Of a DNA stretch of 64,000 nt, positions 19,621 to 30,011 are shown one piece after another. The notes under the pieces are model-generated. The model saw only the letters and a list, made by a program, of their open reading frames with translations, was not told the DNA's origin and ran no database searches. The position numbers and the translations under genes are program-made. The stretch lies in assembly GCA_046290465.1 (NCBI GenBank), contig JBKAGP010000001.1, forward strand, positions 1,216,001 through 1,280,000, in the 5' to 3' direction. Position 1 is the stretch's first letter. Each line of letters opens with the position of its first letter. This DNA comes from Planctomycetota bacterium. GTDB lineage: Bacteria > Planctomycetota > UBA1135 > UBA2386.

Positions 19621-22600
19621 TCAGCGGTTCGGCGTCCACGGAACGCGGCCGTCCTTCTCGCGCAGGAACTTGGCGTCGACGTCGCGGTACCACGCGTGCA
19701 GCAGTTCGCGCATGCGGCCGACGCGCTCGGGCTGCTGCGCGGCGAGGTCGTTGCGCTCGCCGAGGTCCTTCGACAGGTCGAACAGGTGCACGCGGCCGTC
19801 CTCGAGCCGTTCGATCAGCTTGTAGTCACCGAGGCGCACCGCCGACGACGGGAAGCCGCCCTGGTTGCCGTAGTGCGGGTAGTGCCAGAACAGCGGCCGC
19901 TCGCCCAGCTCCCCGCCGCGCAGCGCCGCCGCGACGCTGATCCCGTCGATCGCGTGCGCGACCGGCGCGCCCCCGGTCAGCTCCTGGATCGTCGGCAGCA
20001 GGTCGATACTCGAGATCGGCACGCTGCTGGTGCTGCCGGCCTTGGTGACGCCGGGAACGCGCCAGATCCACGGTTCGCGGATGCCGCCCTCGTACATCCA
20101 GCCCTTGCCGCCGCGCAGCGGCAGGTTGCTGGTCGGCGAGCCCTCGCTGGTCGACAGACCGCCGTTGTCGGACGTGAACACGACGATGGTGTCGTCCGCG
20201 AGGCCCAGCTCGTCGAGCTTGTCGAGCACCTTGCCGACCGCCTGGTCCATCGCCTCGACCATCGCGGCGTAGGTCGCGTGCCGCTGCAGCAGCCGCACCT
20301 TGCGCTTGCGCTCGGTGCGGAACACCTGCTCCTCCTCGCCGAACTCCGGGCCGTCGGGCTCGATCGCCGCGAGGCGCTTCTGGTACTTCTCGATCAGGTC
20401 CTTGCGACCGACCAGCGGCGTGTGCACCGAGTAGAACGACAGGTACGCCAGGAACGGTCCGTCCCGGTTCTGCTCGACGAACCGGCAGGCCTCGTCGGCC
20501 AGCCGCGCCGGCAGGTGCTCGCCCTCGGGGCCGTCCTCGAGGCGCGGGTTGCCGTAGGGCACGAAGTACTTGCCGGGCCCGTAGGGCCCGCCGCGCTTCC
20601 AGCCGCCCTTGTTGACGTCGAAGCCCTGGTGCTCGGGCCAGAACTCCTCGCTCGGACCGAGGTGCCACTTGCCGGCGAAGAACGTCGCGAAGCCGCGTTC
20701 GCGCAGCACCTCGGCGATGGTCGTCTCGGTCAGCTCCATGCGGTCCTTGGCGACCGCCGGCCGGAACGTCTCGGCGCGCCTGCCCATGAAGTAGTTGGTC
20801 GCGTCGGCGCGCGACGGGTAGCGACCGGTCATCAGCGCGAACCGCGTCGGCGAGCACACCGGACAGGCCGCGTAGCCGTCGGTCATGCGCAGGCCGCTGC
20901 GGGCCAGCCGGTCGATGTTGGGCGTGTCGTAGAGGCAGTCGGGGTTGTTGGCGCCGATGTCCATGAAGCCGAGGTCGTCGACCAGGAACACGACGACGTT
21001 GTCGGGCTTCGTGTATTGCCCGACCTCGAGCTCGACGGTGCGCGGCTGCCAGCCGATGCGGTGCGTGCGCACCTCGAACCGCTGGTTGTCGACGACCCCG
21101 ATCGGCTCGTGGTAGACGCGCCAGCGCCGGTCCTTGCCGAGCGGCAGCGAGCGGTAGCCGATCGACGCGCCGGGCTCGTCGCAGACGAACGATACCAGCG
21201 TCAGCATGCTGCCGTGGTGCTGTTCGGCCTTGGCTGGCGGCGTCGTCGGCTGCTTGCCGTCGGGCGGCCAGATGTGCTCCTTGACCAGTCTGGTCTCCGG
21301 CAGCACGAAGCCGAGGTCCCCGGTCGACGCGATCCAGCGGTCGAGCTGGCTACGCAGGTCGATCGCGCGCTGCGCGTGCTCCGGCCGGTCGATCAGGTTG
21401 CGGGTCTCCCACGGATCGCTCTGCGAGTCGTAGAGTTCCTGCTGCGGCCGCTCGGTCGCCGCGAACTGCCACTGCGCCGGCGCGACGTCGTCCCGGCCGC
21501 GCAACGCGTAGAGGTCCGCGGTCATCGGGATCCGTTCGCGGTAGGCGTTGGCGATCAGGTAGGGCTGGTCGGTGACGTAGTTGCGCACGTAGCGGTAGCG
21601 GCCGTCGGTGACGCTGCGCTGCCGGTCGTAGACCGAGTCGAAGCGGTCGGCGTGGCTGTAGGCGAAGCCGTGGCCGGTCCGCGCGAACGGGCCGAGGAAC
21701 GGCACACCGTCGAGACGGCGGTCCGGCTCGACGCCGCACAGCGACAGCACCGTCGGTCCGAAGTCGACGAACTGCACGACGCGATCTTCGACGGTGCCCT
21801 GCCGCTTGCCGTCCGGGAAGCGCACCAGCAGCGGCACCCGCGTGCCGGTGTCGTAGCACGAGCGCTTGCCGCGCGGCAGGCCGACGCCGTGGTCGCTGTA
21901 GAACATCACGATGGTCGTCGCCAGCAGGCCAGCGTCGTCGAGTTCTTGCAGCTTGCGGCCGACCCAGCGGTCCATCGCCGCGATGTTGTCGTAGGTGCGC
22001 TTGATCGCCTTGCGCACGTTTTCGGTGTCGGGGTAGATCGGCGGCACCGGCACGTCCTCGAGCGCGACCGCCGACGGGCTCGGCTTGCGGCCCGGGAACG
22101 CGCCGCTCTCGTGCGTGCCGTTGTGGTTGAACACCGCGAAGAACGGCTGGCCGGGCGCGCGGTTCTGCCAGTGGGCCTTGCCGGACGACTGGTCCCAGAC
22201 CGTCACCGGCTCCTTGAACTGGTAGTCCTTCTTGGCGTTGTTGGTGCAGTAGTAGCCGTGCTTGCGCAGCAGCTCGGGGAAGCACCGGAGCCAGGCCGGG
22301 GGAAGACCCTGGTAGCCGGGGATGTGCTCGTAGGCATCCGGGTCCTTGGCCAGCGCCGACTTGCTCGGGCTGTTGTTGCGCATCTGCATCGTGCCGATGC
22401 GGGTCGCATACATGCCGGTGATCAGCGACGACCGCGCCGGCGCGCACACCGGCGAGGTCGCGAACGCGTTGGTGTAGCGCACGCCCTCGCGGGCCAACCG
22501 GTCGCAGTTGGGCGTCTGCACGGTGTCGTCGCCGTAGCAGCCGAGCCAGGGACTCATGTCCTCGACCACCAGCCAGACGACGTTGGGGCGGTCCTGTGCG

Positions 22601-22662
22601 GTCGCGGCCGCGGCCAGCAGCGCAGCCAGGATCGAGATCAAGAAGCGACGAAGGGTGAGCAT
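19621..22662 (-). CDS. Secreted tandem (double) formylglycine-dependent sulfatase
   Basis: Signal peptide; domain 1 PNVVWLVVED/CAPARSSLITG/SDHG; domain 2 NVVVFLVDDLG/CSPTRFALMTG/GKWH/SDNG. Confidence 0.92.
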   Translation of the reverse strand: MLTLRRFLISILAALLAAAATAQDRPNVVWLVVEDMSPWLGCYGDDTVQTPNCDRLAREGVRYTNAFATSPVCAPARSSLITGMYATRIGTMQMRNNSPSKSALAKDPDAYEHIPGYQGLPPAWLRCFPELLRKHGYYCTNNAKKDYQFKEPVTVWDQSSGKAHWQNRAPGQPFFAVFNHNGTHESGAFPGRKPSPSAVALEDVPVPPIYPDTENVRKAIKRTYDNIAAMDRWVGRKLQELDDAGLLATTIVMFYSDHGVGLPRGKRSCYDTGTRVPLLVRFPDGKRQGTVEDRVVQFVDFGPTVLSLCGVEPDRRLDGVPFLGPFARTGHGFAYSHADRFDSVYDRQRSVTDGRYRYVRNYVTDQPYLIANAYRERIPMTADLYALRGRDDVAPAQWQFAATERPQQELYDSQSDPWETRNLIDRPEHAQRAIDLRSQLDRWIASTGDLGFVLPETRLVKEHIWPPDGKQPTTPPAKAEQHHGSMLTLVSFVCDEPGASIGYRSLPLGKDRRWRVYHEPIGVVDNQRFEVRTHRIGWQPRTVELEVGQYTKPDNVVVFLVDDLGFMDIGANNPDCLYDTPNIDRLARSGLRMTDGYAACPVCSPTRFALMTGRYPSRADATNYFMGRRAETFRPAVAKDRMELTETTIAEVLRERGFATFFAGKWHLGPSEEFWPEHQGFDVNKGGWKRGGPYGPGKYFVPYGNPRLEDGPEGEHLPARLADEACRFVEQNRDGPFLAYLSFYSVHTPLVGRKDLIEKYQKRLAAIEPDGPEFGEEEQVFRTERKRKVRLLQRHATYAAMVEAMDQAVGKVLDKLDELGLADDTIVVFTSDNGGLSTSEGSPTSNLPLRGGKGWMYEGGIREPWIWRVPGVTKAGSTSSVPISSIDLLPTIQELTGGAPVAHAIDGISVAAALRGGELGERPLFWHYPHYGNQGGFPSSAVRLGDYKLIERLEDGRVHLFDLSKDLGERNDLAAQQPERVGRMRELLHAWYRDVDAKFLREKDGRVPWTPNR

Positions 22663-22674
22663 GGGCGGCCGTCA

Positions 22675-22684
22675 AGGCTATCGT
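22675..22684. promoter_or_regulatory. Overlapping divergent -10-like hexamers (TAGCCT on -, TATCGT on +)
   Basis: Each lies 12 nt from its ATG (22662 and 22697) in a 34-bp divergent gap. Confidence 0.4.
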
Positions 22685-22696
22685 GCGGACCTCGTC

Positions 22697-24019
22697 ATGA
22701 CGAAGCAGCCCGAACGAACCGGCCGTCGCAACCGCTCGCAGCGCACCATGGTGTGGGTGTGGGTCGGAGTCGGCGCCCTGACCCTCGCCTTCTTCTTGCT
22801 GCTCGGGTCGCTGGTCGGCCCGTCGCCGCCCAAGCGCATCACGCTGGCCGGCGGCCTGCCCGGCGGCGCCTACCACGCGTTCGCCGATCGCTACCGCGAG
22901 GTGCTGGCGGAGCAGGGGCTCGAGGTCGAAGTCCGCCAGACCGCCGGCTCGATCGAGAACCTCGAACTGCTCGAGCGCGGTGACGTCGACGTCGCGTTCG
23001 TGCAGAGCGGCACGCGCGACCGCGCCGCCGACCCCGATCGCCTGCGCGGCATCGCCAGCCTCTACTACGAGCCGCTGTGGATCTTCCATCGCGGGGAGGA
23101 GACCGTCGACGACCTCGGCCAGCTGCGCGGCAAGCGGCTCGCGATCGGCGGCCCGCGCAGCGGCACGTTCGCGGTCTGCGATCAGCTGCTGGCCCTCAAC
23201 GGCATCGACGCCAGCAACACCCGGCTCGAACAGATCGGGCTGAAGGCGGCGCGCGAAGCGCTGAAGGGCGGCGAGATCGACTACGCGTTCTTCACCGCGT
23301 CGCCGGACGCCGAGGTCGTGCGCGAGCTGATGGTCGATCCGGAGACGCGCCTGGTCGGCATCCGCCGCCACAAGGCCTACGTGCGCAACGTGCTGTTCGT
23401 GACCGACGTCGAGATCGCCGAGGGCACGTTCGACATCCGCCAGAACTTCCCGCGTGACGACATCACGGTGCTGTCGACGGTCGCGCAACTGCTGACCACC
23501 GAGGACCTGCACCCGGCGATCGCCGAGCTGCTGGCGCGCACCGCCGAGGAACTGCACTCGGGCCGCACGCTGCTGGCGCGCGGCGGCACGTTCCCGACCG
23601 CGAGCAACCTCGAGTTCGCCGTGCACGAAGCGGCGGCCGACTACTTCCGCTCGGGTCCGTCCCTGCTGGCGCGCTACCTGCCGTTCTGGCTGGCCAACCT
23701 GCTGAAGAAGCTGCTGGTGCTGCTGATCCCGCTGCTGACCCTGATGATCCCGCTGCTCAAGATCGCACCGGGCCTCTACAAGGCCGTCATGCGCAAGCGC
23801 ATCCACCGTTGGTACGACGACCTCGACGAGGTCGAGGAGCAGATCGCCGCGGCCAGCACCGAAGAGCAGTTCGGCGCCTGCGCCGAACGGCTGCAGAACC
23901 TCGAGCACCTGGTCGAGACCGGCATCCAGGTCCCCACCACCTTCCGTCACGAAGAGTACGACCTACGCGTGCACCTGGCGCACGTTCGCGCCCAGCTCGA
24001 CCGCAAGCGCACGACCTGA
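22697..24019 (+). CDS. TAXI-family TRAP solute receptor with N- and C-terminal TM segments
   Basis: GGAYH, TAGSIENL, DVAFVQSG, LYYEPLWIF, LRGKRLAIG-x-x-x-SGT; C-terminal TM and helical tail. Confidence 0.85.
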   Translation: MTKQPERTGRRNRSQRTMVWVWVGVGALTLAFFLLLGSLVGPSPPKRITLAGGLPGGAYHAFADRYREVLAEQGLEVEVRQTAGSIENLELLERGDVDVAFVQSGTRDRAADPDRLRGIASLYYEPLWIFHRGEETVDDLGQLRGKRLAIGGPRSGTFAVCDQLLALNGIDASNTRLEQIGLKAAREALKGGEIDYAFFTASPDAEVVRELMVDPETRLVGIRRHKAYVRNVLFVTDVEIAEGTFDIRQNFPRDDITVLSTVAQLLTTEDLHPAIAELLARTAEELHSGRTLLARGGTFPTASNLEFAVHEAAADYFRSGPSLLARYLPFWLANLLKKLLVLLIPLLTLMIPLLKIAPGLYKAVMRKRIHRWYDDLDEVEEQIAAASTEEQFGACAERLQNLEHLVETGIQVPTTFRHEEYDLRVHLAHVRAQLDRKRTT

Positions 24020-24130
24020 GTCTCTCCCCCCAACTCGTCGGTGCTCGGCGAGCAGGTTGGCAGGGAGCATGCCACCGGCCGCTGGTCCGCAAGCTCTGCT
24101 CCCGGAACCAAACTCACCGGGGCCGGGCGA

Positions 24131-25429
<1,299 letters not shown>

Positions 25430-25557
25430 CGCAGCGGGGTCGCGAGGCAGGTCATGGGGACGGATTCGAGGCGACCATGCTAGGGCTCGCCCGCCGCTCC
25501 CACCACAGGAAAAGCCGACACCTCCTCGGCTGCCGGCAGGTTGCCGACCGTCCGGGA

Positions 25558-27459
25558 TCAGCCCCGCGTCAGCACCAGCGTGTTGCTGGCCGTGACCAGC
25601 TTGCCGGCGGCGTCGACGACGTAGGCGCGTACGAACAGCGGCTGCCCACCCGCAGGCACCTCCGCCGGTACCTCGGCCGAACCGGCGGCCCCCTGCCCGG
25701 GCAGCAGCGTCGACGCGACCCCGAACGCCTCCTGCCCCGGCCGGATCGCGTCCGGAAGCGGCTTCAGCGAAGCGGCCAACAGCCGGAACACGCCCGCCGG
25801 CAGCCCCTGGACCTGCAGCTGCGGCCGCGCGCCGACCTGCTCGCCCACCATGCGCAGCGCCGGCGCGGCCTCGGCCGCATCGGCCATCACCACCACGTCC
25901 GGCCAGTGCGCCTCGACCGGCACCTCGCAGCGCGCGCCGCCCGCCACCGTCACCTCGAGCCGGAACGAGCCGCGCCGCAGCGCCCGCACCGCGCCGCCCT
26001 CGCCGACCAGCAGCGCCCCGTCGGGCACCGAACGGTAGCGCGTGCCGAGTCCGGTCGCGGCGACGTCGAGCGCACGGCCATCGCCGTCGCGCGCCGCCAC
26101 CGACAGCTGCACGACCTGCGCCGGCGCCGCCAGTTCGAGCTTGGTCGGCGCGACCTCGACCGACGTCGCCGCGAAGCCCTCGAGGTCGAGTCGCCGCCGG
26201 ATCGTCGACACCACGCGCTCGGCGAGCAGTTCGTTGCCGCGTCGGCCCAGGTGGCAGCAGGTGTCGACGTAGAGCGGCTCCGGGTGGTCCGAGAACATCT
26301 CGGTCAGGTCGGCGAACGCGACGCCTTCGGCGAGCAGCCGCTGCCCCGCCGCGCGCAGCAGCGGGTAGCCGTGCACCACCGACGGCTGCAGCGAACGGTC
26401 GCCCGTGTAGATCGCGACCCGCGCCTCCTCGTCGCCGATCGGCTTGGCGCCCGGCACGTACTGGTTGGGCTGCAGGAAGTGGAAGTAGCGGGTGCCGTGT
26501 GCCGCACAGAGGCGCTGCAGGTGCAGCGACGCGCGCCGCCAGACCTCGACCATCTCGGCGCGCGACGCGTCGACGTCGCGGCCCTCGTGGCCGGGCCCGG
26601 TGGCCGCGAAGCCCCGCGCCGTGGTCGCCCGTTCGATCTCGCGCGCGAGCTCGCCCTCGGCCGCGACGCCGCGCCGGTCGCCGACCAGCCACAGGCTCTG
26701 CAGCGTCGGCGACCACCACAGCGCGCCCGCCGAGCGCGCCGCCGCGGCCCGCTGGTCGCGCAGCACCGCCAGCCGTCCGATGCGCCGCAGCTGCTCGGTC
26801 GTCGGCACCCGGTCCATCAGGCCCGCCCAGCGCCGCGGGAACCAGCCCGGCACCCCGGCCTCGTGGTTGGCCGGCACCATCGCGACCTCGTTGAAGCCAT
26901 CGAGGTTGACCAGCAGGTCGAAGCCGCCGCCGCGCAGCAGCGCCAGCTCGGTCGCGAACACCTGCTGCGGCTGCTTGTAGCCGCCGAGCGCCATGCAGAC
27001 GATCTCGAGCTGCTTGCCCTGCACCGACGGGCTGCGCAGCAGCTCTCGGCGCAGCACGTCCTCGGCGTAGAGCACCAGCTGCAGCGCCACCGAGCCGCCG
27101 ACGATGCCGACCACGAAGCGGTCGTGCGAACGTTCGCGGATCGGTGAGCCCTCCCCCATGAAGCCGTACGGCGACACCGGGAACCCGTTGACGTCGTGGA
27201 TCTCGTGGTTGGTCACGTAGCCGAGGAACGGATGGATCGTCAGGCCCGGGTTGGCCACCGCCTGCACGCGGTCCTGTTCGTCCTGTGCATCGGCCCCCGC
27301 CGCGACCGCGCGCAATTCCTGCGCCCCCGACCACGAGAACGGCGACCCGGTCAAAGCCCACCAGGTGACGAAGCCGCCGACCTCGATCAGGCCGACGACG
27401 AACAGCAGCAGCAGCGCGACGAACAGCAGCCGGCGACGGCGCGACGTTCTCCGGCTCAC
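25558..27459 (-). CDS. Membrane-anchored SGNH-hydrolase-like protein with Ig-like (BIG2-type) and lineage-type C-terminal domains
   Basis: N-terminal TM; GGSVA, GGYKQPQQ, DGFNE, YVDTCCHL; GTGA overlap with the upstream peptidase. Confidence 0.65.
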   Translation of the reverse strand: MSRRTSRRRRLLFVALLLLFVVGLIEVGGFVTWWALTGSPFSWSGAQELRAVAAGADAQDEQDRVQAVANPGLTIHPFLGYVTNHEIHDVNGFPVSPYGFMGEGSPIRERSHDRFVVGIVGGSVALQLVLYAEDVLRRELLRSPSVQGKQLEIVCMALGGYKQPQQVFATELALLRGGGFDLLVNLDGFNEVAMVPANHEAGVPGWFPRRWAGLMDRVPTTEQLRRIGRLAVLRDQRAAAARSAGALWWSPTLQSLWLVGDRRGVAAEGELAREIERATTARGFAATGPGHEGRDVDASRAEMVEVWRRASLHLQRLCAAHGTRYFHFLQPNQYVPGAKPIGDEEARVAIYTGDRSLQPSVVHGYPLLRAAGQRLLAEGVAFADLTEMFSDHPEPLYVDTCCHLGRRGNELLAERVVSTIRRRLDLEGFAATSVEVAPTKLELAAPAQVVQLSVAARDGDGRALDVAATGLGTRYRSVPDGALLVGEGGAVRALRRGSFRLEVTVAGGARCEVPVEAHWPDVVVMADAAEAAPALRMVGEQVGARPQLQVQGLPAGVFRLLAASLKPLPDAIRPGQEAFGVASTLLPGQGAAGSAEVPAEVPAGGQPLFVRAYVVDAAGKLVTASNTLVLTRG

Positions 27460-29348
27460 AGGATCGTGACCTGGCAGCTGTTGGTCACGTGCAGCGAGCC
27501 GGTCGGCTCGAGCCGCACGGCCTGCAGGTAGATATCGACGTCGTGCAGCGCGGCGTTGTTGGGGACCGGCAGCGTGTACTGCGCGCTGCCGGTCGCGAGC
27601 ACGTAGGCGCCGAGCGGGCTGTAGGCCAGCAGGTCGAGGTGGATGTTGCGGTTGAACCCGAGCGGGATGTCGGCGGTCGCGAAGCTGCCGAACAGCGCCG
27701 CGATCGAGCCGGCCGGCCCGTCGAGGTCGGCGACGATCGTGTCGCCGAGCGACACGTCCGGCTCTTGCATCATCAGTCCGTCGACGATGCCGAGCTGCTG
27801 CATCATCGCCAGCAGGTCGGGGCGCCGGCCGATGACGTCCGGCGTCAGCGGGCCGACCGTGTGCAGCAGGTCGAGCACCTGTTGGTTGCTCAGCGGCTGG
27901 CCGAGCTGGCGCCGCGCCGCGCCCTGCAGCGAGGCGACCACGCCGGCGATGTGCGGCGTCGCCGACGACGTGCCGGTGCCGGCCGCCGTGTACGACTGCC
28001 GCAGGTCGTTGTTGCCGAAGAACAGCGTGCCGTAGCCGCACGCCAGCACCTGGTCGCCCCAGCTGTGCGCGTCGACCCGCGAGCCGAAGTTGCTGAACGA
28101 CGCCTTCTGCAGCAGGCCGGCCTCCGACGCGCCGCAGATGATCGCGCCCGAGTCGCGGAAGTTGCGGTCGAAGCGGCCGAGCAGCGCCGGGTCGTCGAGG
28201 CTGCGGTTGCCGTTGCCGGCCGGCACGCAGACGTGCAGGCCGTTGGCGGTGGCGGTCAGCGTCGCGTCGAACGACGACTGCAAGAACTCGAACGGCAGCC
28301 ACGTGCCCGGTCCGAGCGCCGGCACCAGGATCATGATGACCACCATCGAGACGTCACCGGGCTGGCTGTTGGCCAGCGCCAGCGATATCGCGTTGGCGAA
28401 GCCGCCGTTGATGTTGATGCCGACCAGCAGCGCCGAGACCTCGTCGGCGACGCCGGTCAGTCCGTAGGCGTTGCGGTCGGCGAACGCGATCGACGCGCCG
28501 GCGATGCCGTGGTTGGCGTCCGGCTGGGTCACCGGCGGCATCGCCCCGACGACGCGGCTCTGCACGACCTGGCACAGGTCCTCGTGGTCCCAGACCCAGC
28601 CGTTCTCGATCATGCGCATGCCGACCCCCTGGCCGCGCGCGCCGAGCACGCCAGCGACCAACCGCGCGCCGTGGCCGAGCGGCGACGGCGCGTGCGACAG
28701 CTGCTGCGCCATGAACGCCGGCGTGGTCGGCGGCAGGTCGCCACCCGAGCACCACGGCGCGCTCGCCGGGTGCAGCACCGGCTCGCAGTAGACGTGCTCG
28801 ACCAGCGGCTCGGCGGCGAGCGCGACGCGCAGCCGTTCGGCGGTGGCGGCGTCGCTGGCGACCAGCTTGAACCACAGGCCGAGATGGCCCGGCCGGTTGT
28901 GTTCGGGCAGCACGGCGCAGGCGTGGGCGTGCCAGGCATCGAGCTGCGCGCGCGGCACCGCGGTGACCAGCGGCCGGGCGTCGGCCTGCGCGAACCAGCG
29001 CTGCACCGACGACAGGTCGACGCCACTACGCGAGACCAGCCGCCCCTGGCGCAGCACCGCGTCGCTGCCCTCGGCGAGCTTGACCTCGAGGCGCTCGAGA
29101 TGGACCGCGCGCAGCACCTGCGGGGTCGCTTCCGGAAGGTGGAACCCGCCCTCCCCGATCTGCTGCGAGTGGGCCTGCTGCCGCTGGATCTGCTGCCGCT
29201 GGATCTGCTGCCGCTGGATCTGCTGCCGCTGGATCTGCTGCGGCTGGATCTTCTGCGGCTGGATCTTCTGCGGCTGGCTCACCTGGGCGGCCAGGCCGGC
29301 GGCGCACAGGCCGACGACGAGCAGGCGGAGCAACGTGGTCGATGGCAT
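27456..29348 (-). CDS. Secreted S8 (subtilase) serine peptidase with Gln-rich repeat and lineage-type C-terminal domain
   Basis: Signal peptide; IENGWVWDHEDL, NHG, PAGNG, FSNFGSRVD, GTSSATPHIAG. Confidence 0.88.
   Translation of the reverse strand: MPSTTLLRLLVVGLCAAGLAAQVSQPQKIQPQKIQPQQIQRQQIQRQQIQRQQIQRQQAHSQQIGEGGFHLPEATPQVLRAVHLERLEVKLAEGSDAVLRQGRLVSRSGVDLSSVQRWFAQADARPLVTAVPRAQLDAWHAHACAVLPEHNRPGHLGLWFKLVASDAATAERLRVALAAEPLVEHVYCEPVLHPASAPWCSGGDLPPTTPAFMAQQLSHAPSPLGHGARLVAGVLGARGQGVGMRMIENGWVWDHEDLCQVVQSRVVGAMPPVTQPDANHGIAGASIAFADRNAYGLTGVADEVSALLVGININGGFANAISLALANSQPGDVSMVVIMILVPALGPGTWLPFEFLQSSFDATLTATANGLHVCVPAGNGNRSLDDPALLGRFDRNFRDSGAIICGASEAGLLQKASFSNFGSRVDAHSWGDQVLACGYGTLFFGNNDLRQSYTAAGTGTSSATPHIAGVVASLQGAARRQLGQPLSNQQVLDLLHTVGPLTPDVIGRRPDLLAMMQQLGIVDGLMMQEPDVSLGDTIVADLDGPAGSIAALFGSFATADIPLGFNRNIHLDLLAYSPLGAYVLATGSAQYTLPVPNNAALHDVDIYLQAVRLEPTGSLHVTNSCQVTIL
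29157..29276 (-). repeat. 15-bp in-frame tandem repeat encoding (QPQKI/QPQQI/QRQQI) x about 8
   Basis: GATCTGCTGCCGCTG-like units read directly. Confidence 0.9.
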
Positions 29349-29452
29349 GGGGCGCCCACTCTACCACGCCATCCGGGCAGCGGACCGGCATCCCCTGCGG
29401 CCGCCGCCGCATTTCGCGGAACCGTCGCGCCCCCGCCGGCACCAGGGGGTCG

Positions 29453-29926
29453 ATGCCTGCCCACTCGATGTCCGAAGCCCTCGACCGCACCGGTGTGATC
29501 GCGTCGATCGGCTGCGCCGTGCACTGCATGGTCGCGCCCCTGGTGCTGCTGCTGGCGCCGGCACTCGGCGGCATCTGGGTGCACCCCGGCACCCACCTGG
29601 CGATCGCCGCGCTGGTGCTGCCGGTCGCCGCGTTCGCGCTGCGCCGCGGCCTGCGCGCGCACGGCCGCCGCTGGATCGCGATCGCCGGCGTGCTCGGCAT
29701 GGCGCTGGTCGCGGTCGGCACGCTGCTGCCGTTCGTCGGCCACACCGCGCACGCGGCCGGCGAGACCTGCCAGGACTGCTGTCCGACGCTGGTCGTCGAC
29801 GAGCACTCCGGCGACTACCGGCTGCACCTGCCGCCGGCCAGCATCGTGACGTTCCTCGGCGGCGCGCTGCTGGTGACCGCGCACTTCGCCAACCTGCGCT
29901 GCTGCGCCGGTTGCCGGACGGCCTGA
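29453..29926 (+). CDS. MerC-domain membrane protein (putative metal transporter), Cys-rich
   Basis: LDRTGVIASIGCAVHC motif, RAHG, CQDCC loop, AH..N and CCAGC tail; alternative start 29468. Confidence 0.8.
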   Translation: MPAHSMSEALDRTGVIASIGCAVHCMVAPLVLLLAPALGGIWVHPGTHLAIAALVLPVAAFALRRGLRAHGRRWIAIAGVLGMALVAVGTLLPFVGHTAHAAGETCQDCCPTLVVDEHSGDYRLHLPPASIVTFLGGALLVTAHFANLRCCAGCRTA

Positions 29927-30011
29927 CGCGACGCTCGCACCCGCTGCGGCCTTTCTTCTCCGCCGCTCGATCGGCTGCACCGGGCCCGTAGCATGGCGGC
30001 ACCTGCCGCCC

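Noticed and set aside
15645..24038. 13-mer CCCCCCAACTCGT shared by two intergenic regions (15645-15657 and 24026-24038)
   Set aside because: Only two copies in different contexts; compatible with chance
29157..29276. CRISPR-like arrays at tandem repeats (also 16450, 39095, 52995)
   Set aside because: Units are 7-15 bp with no unique spacers, and there are no cas genes
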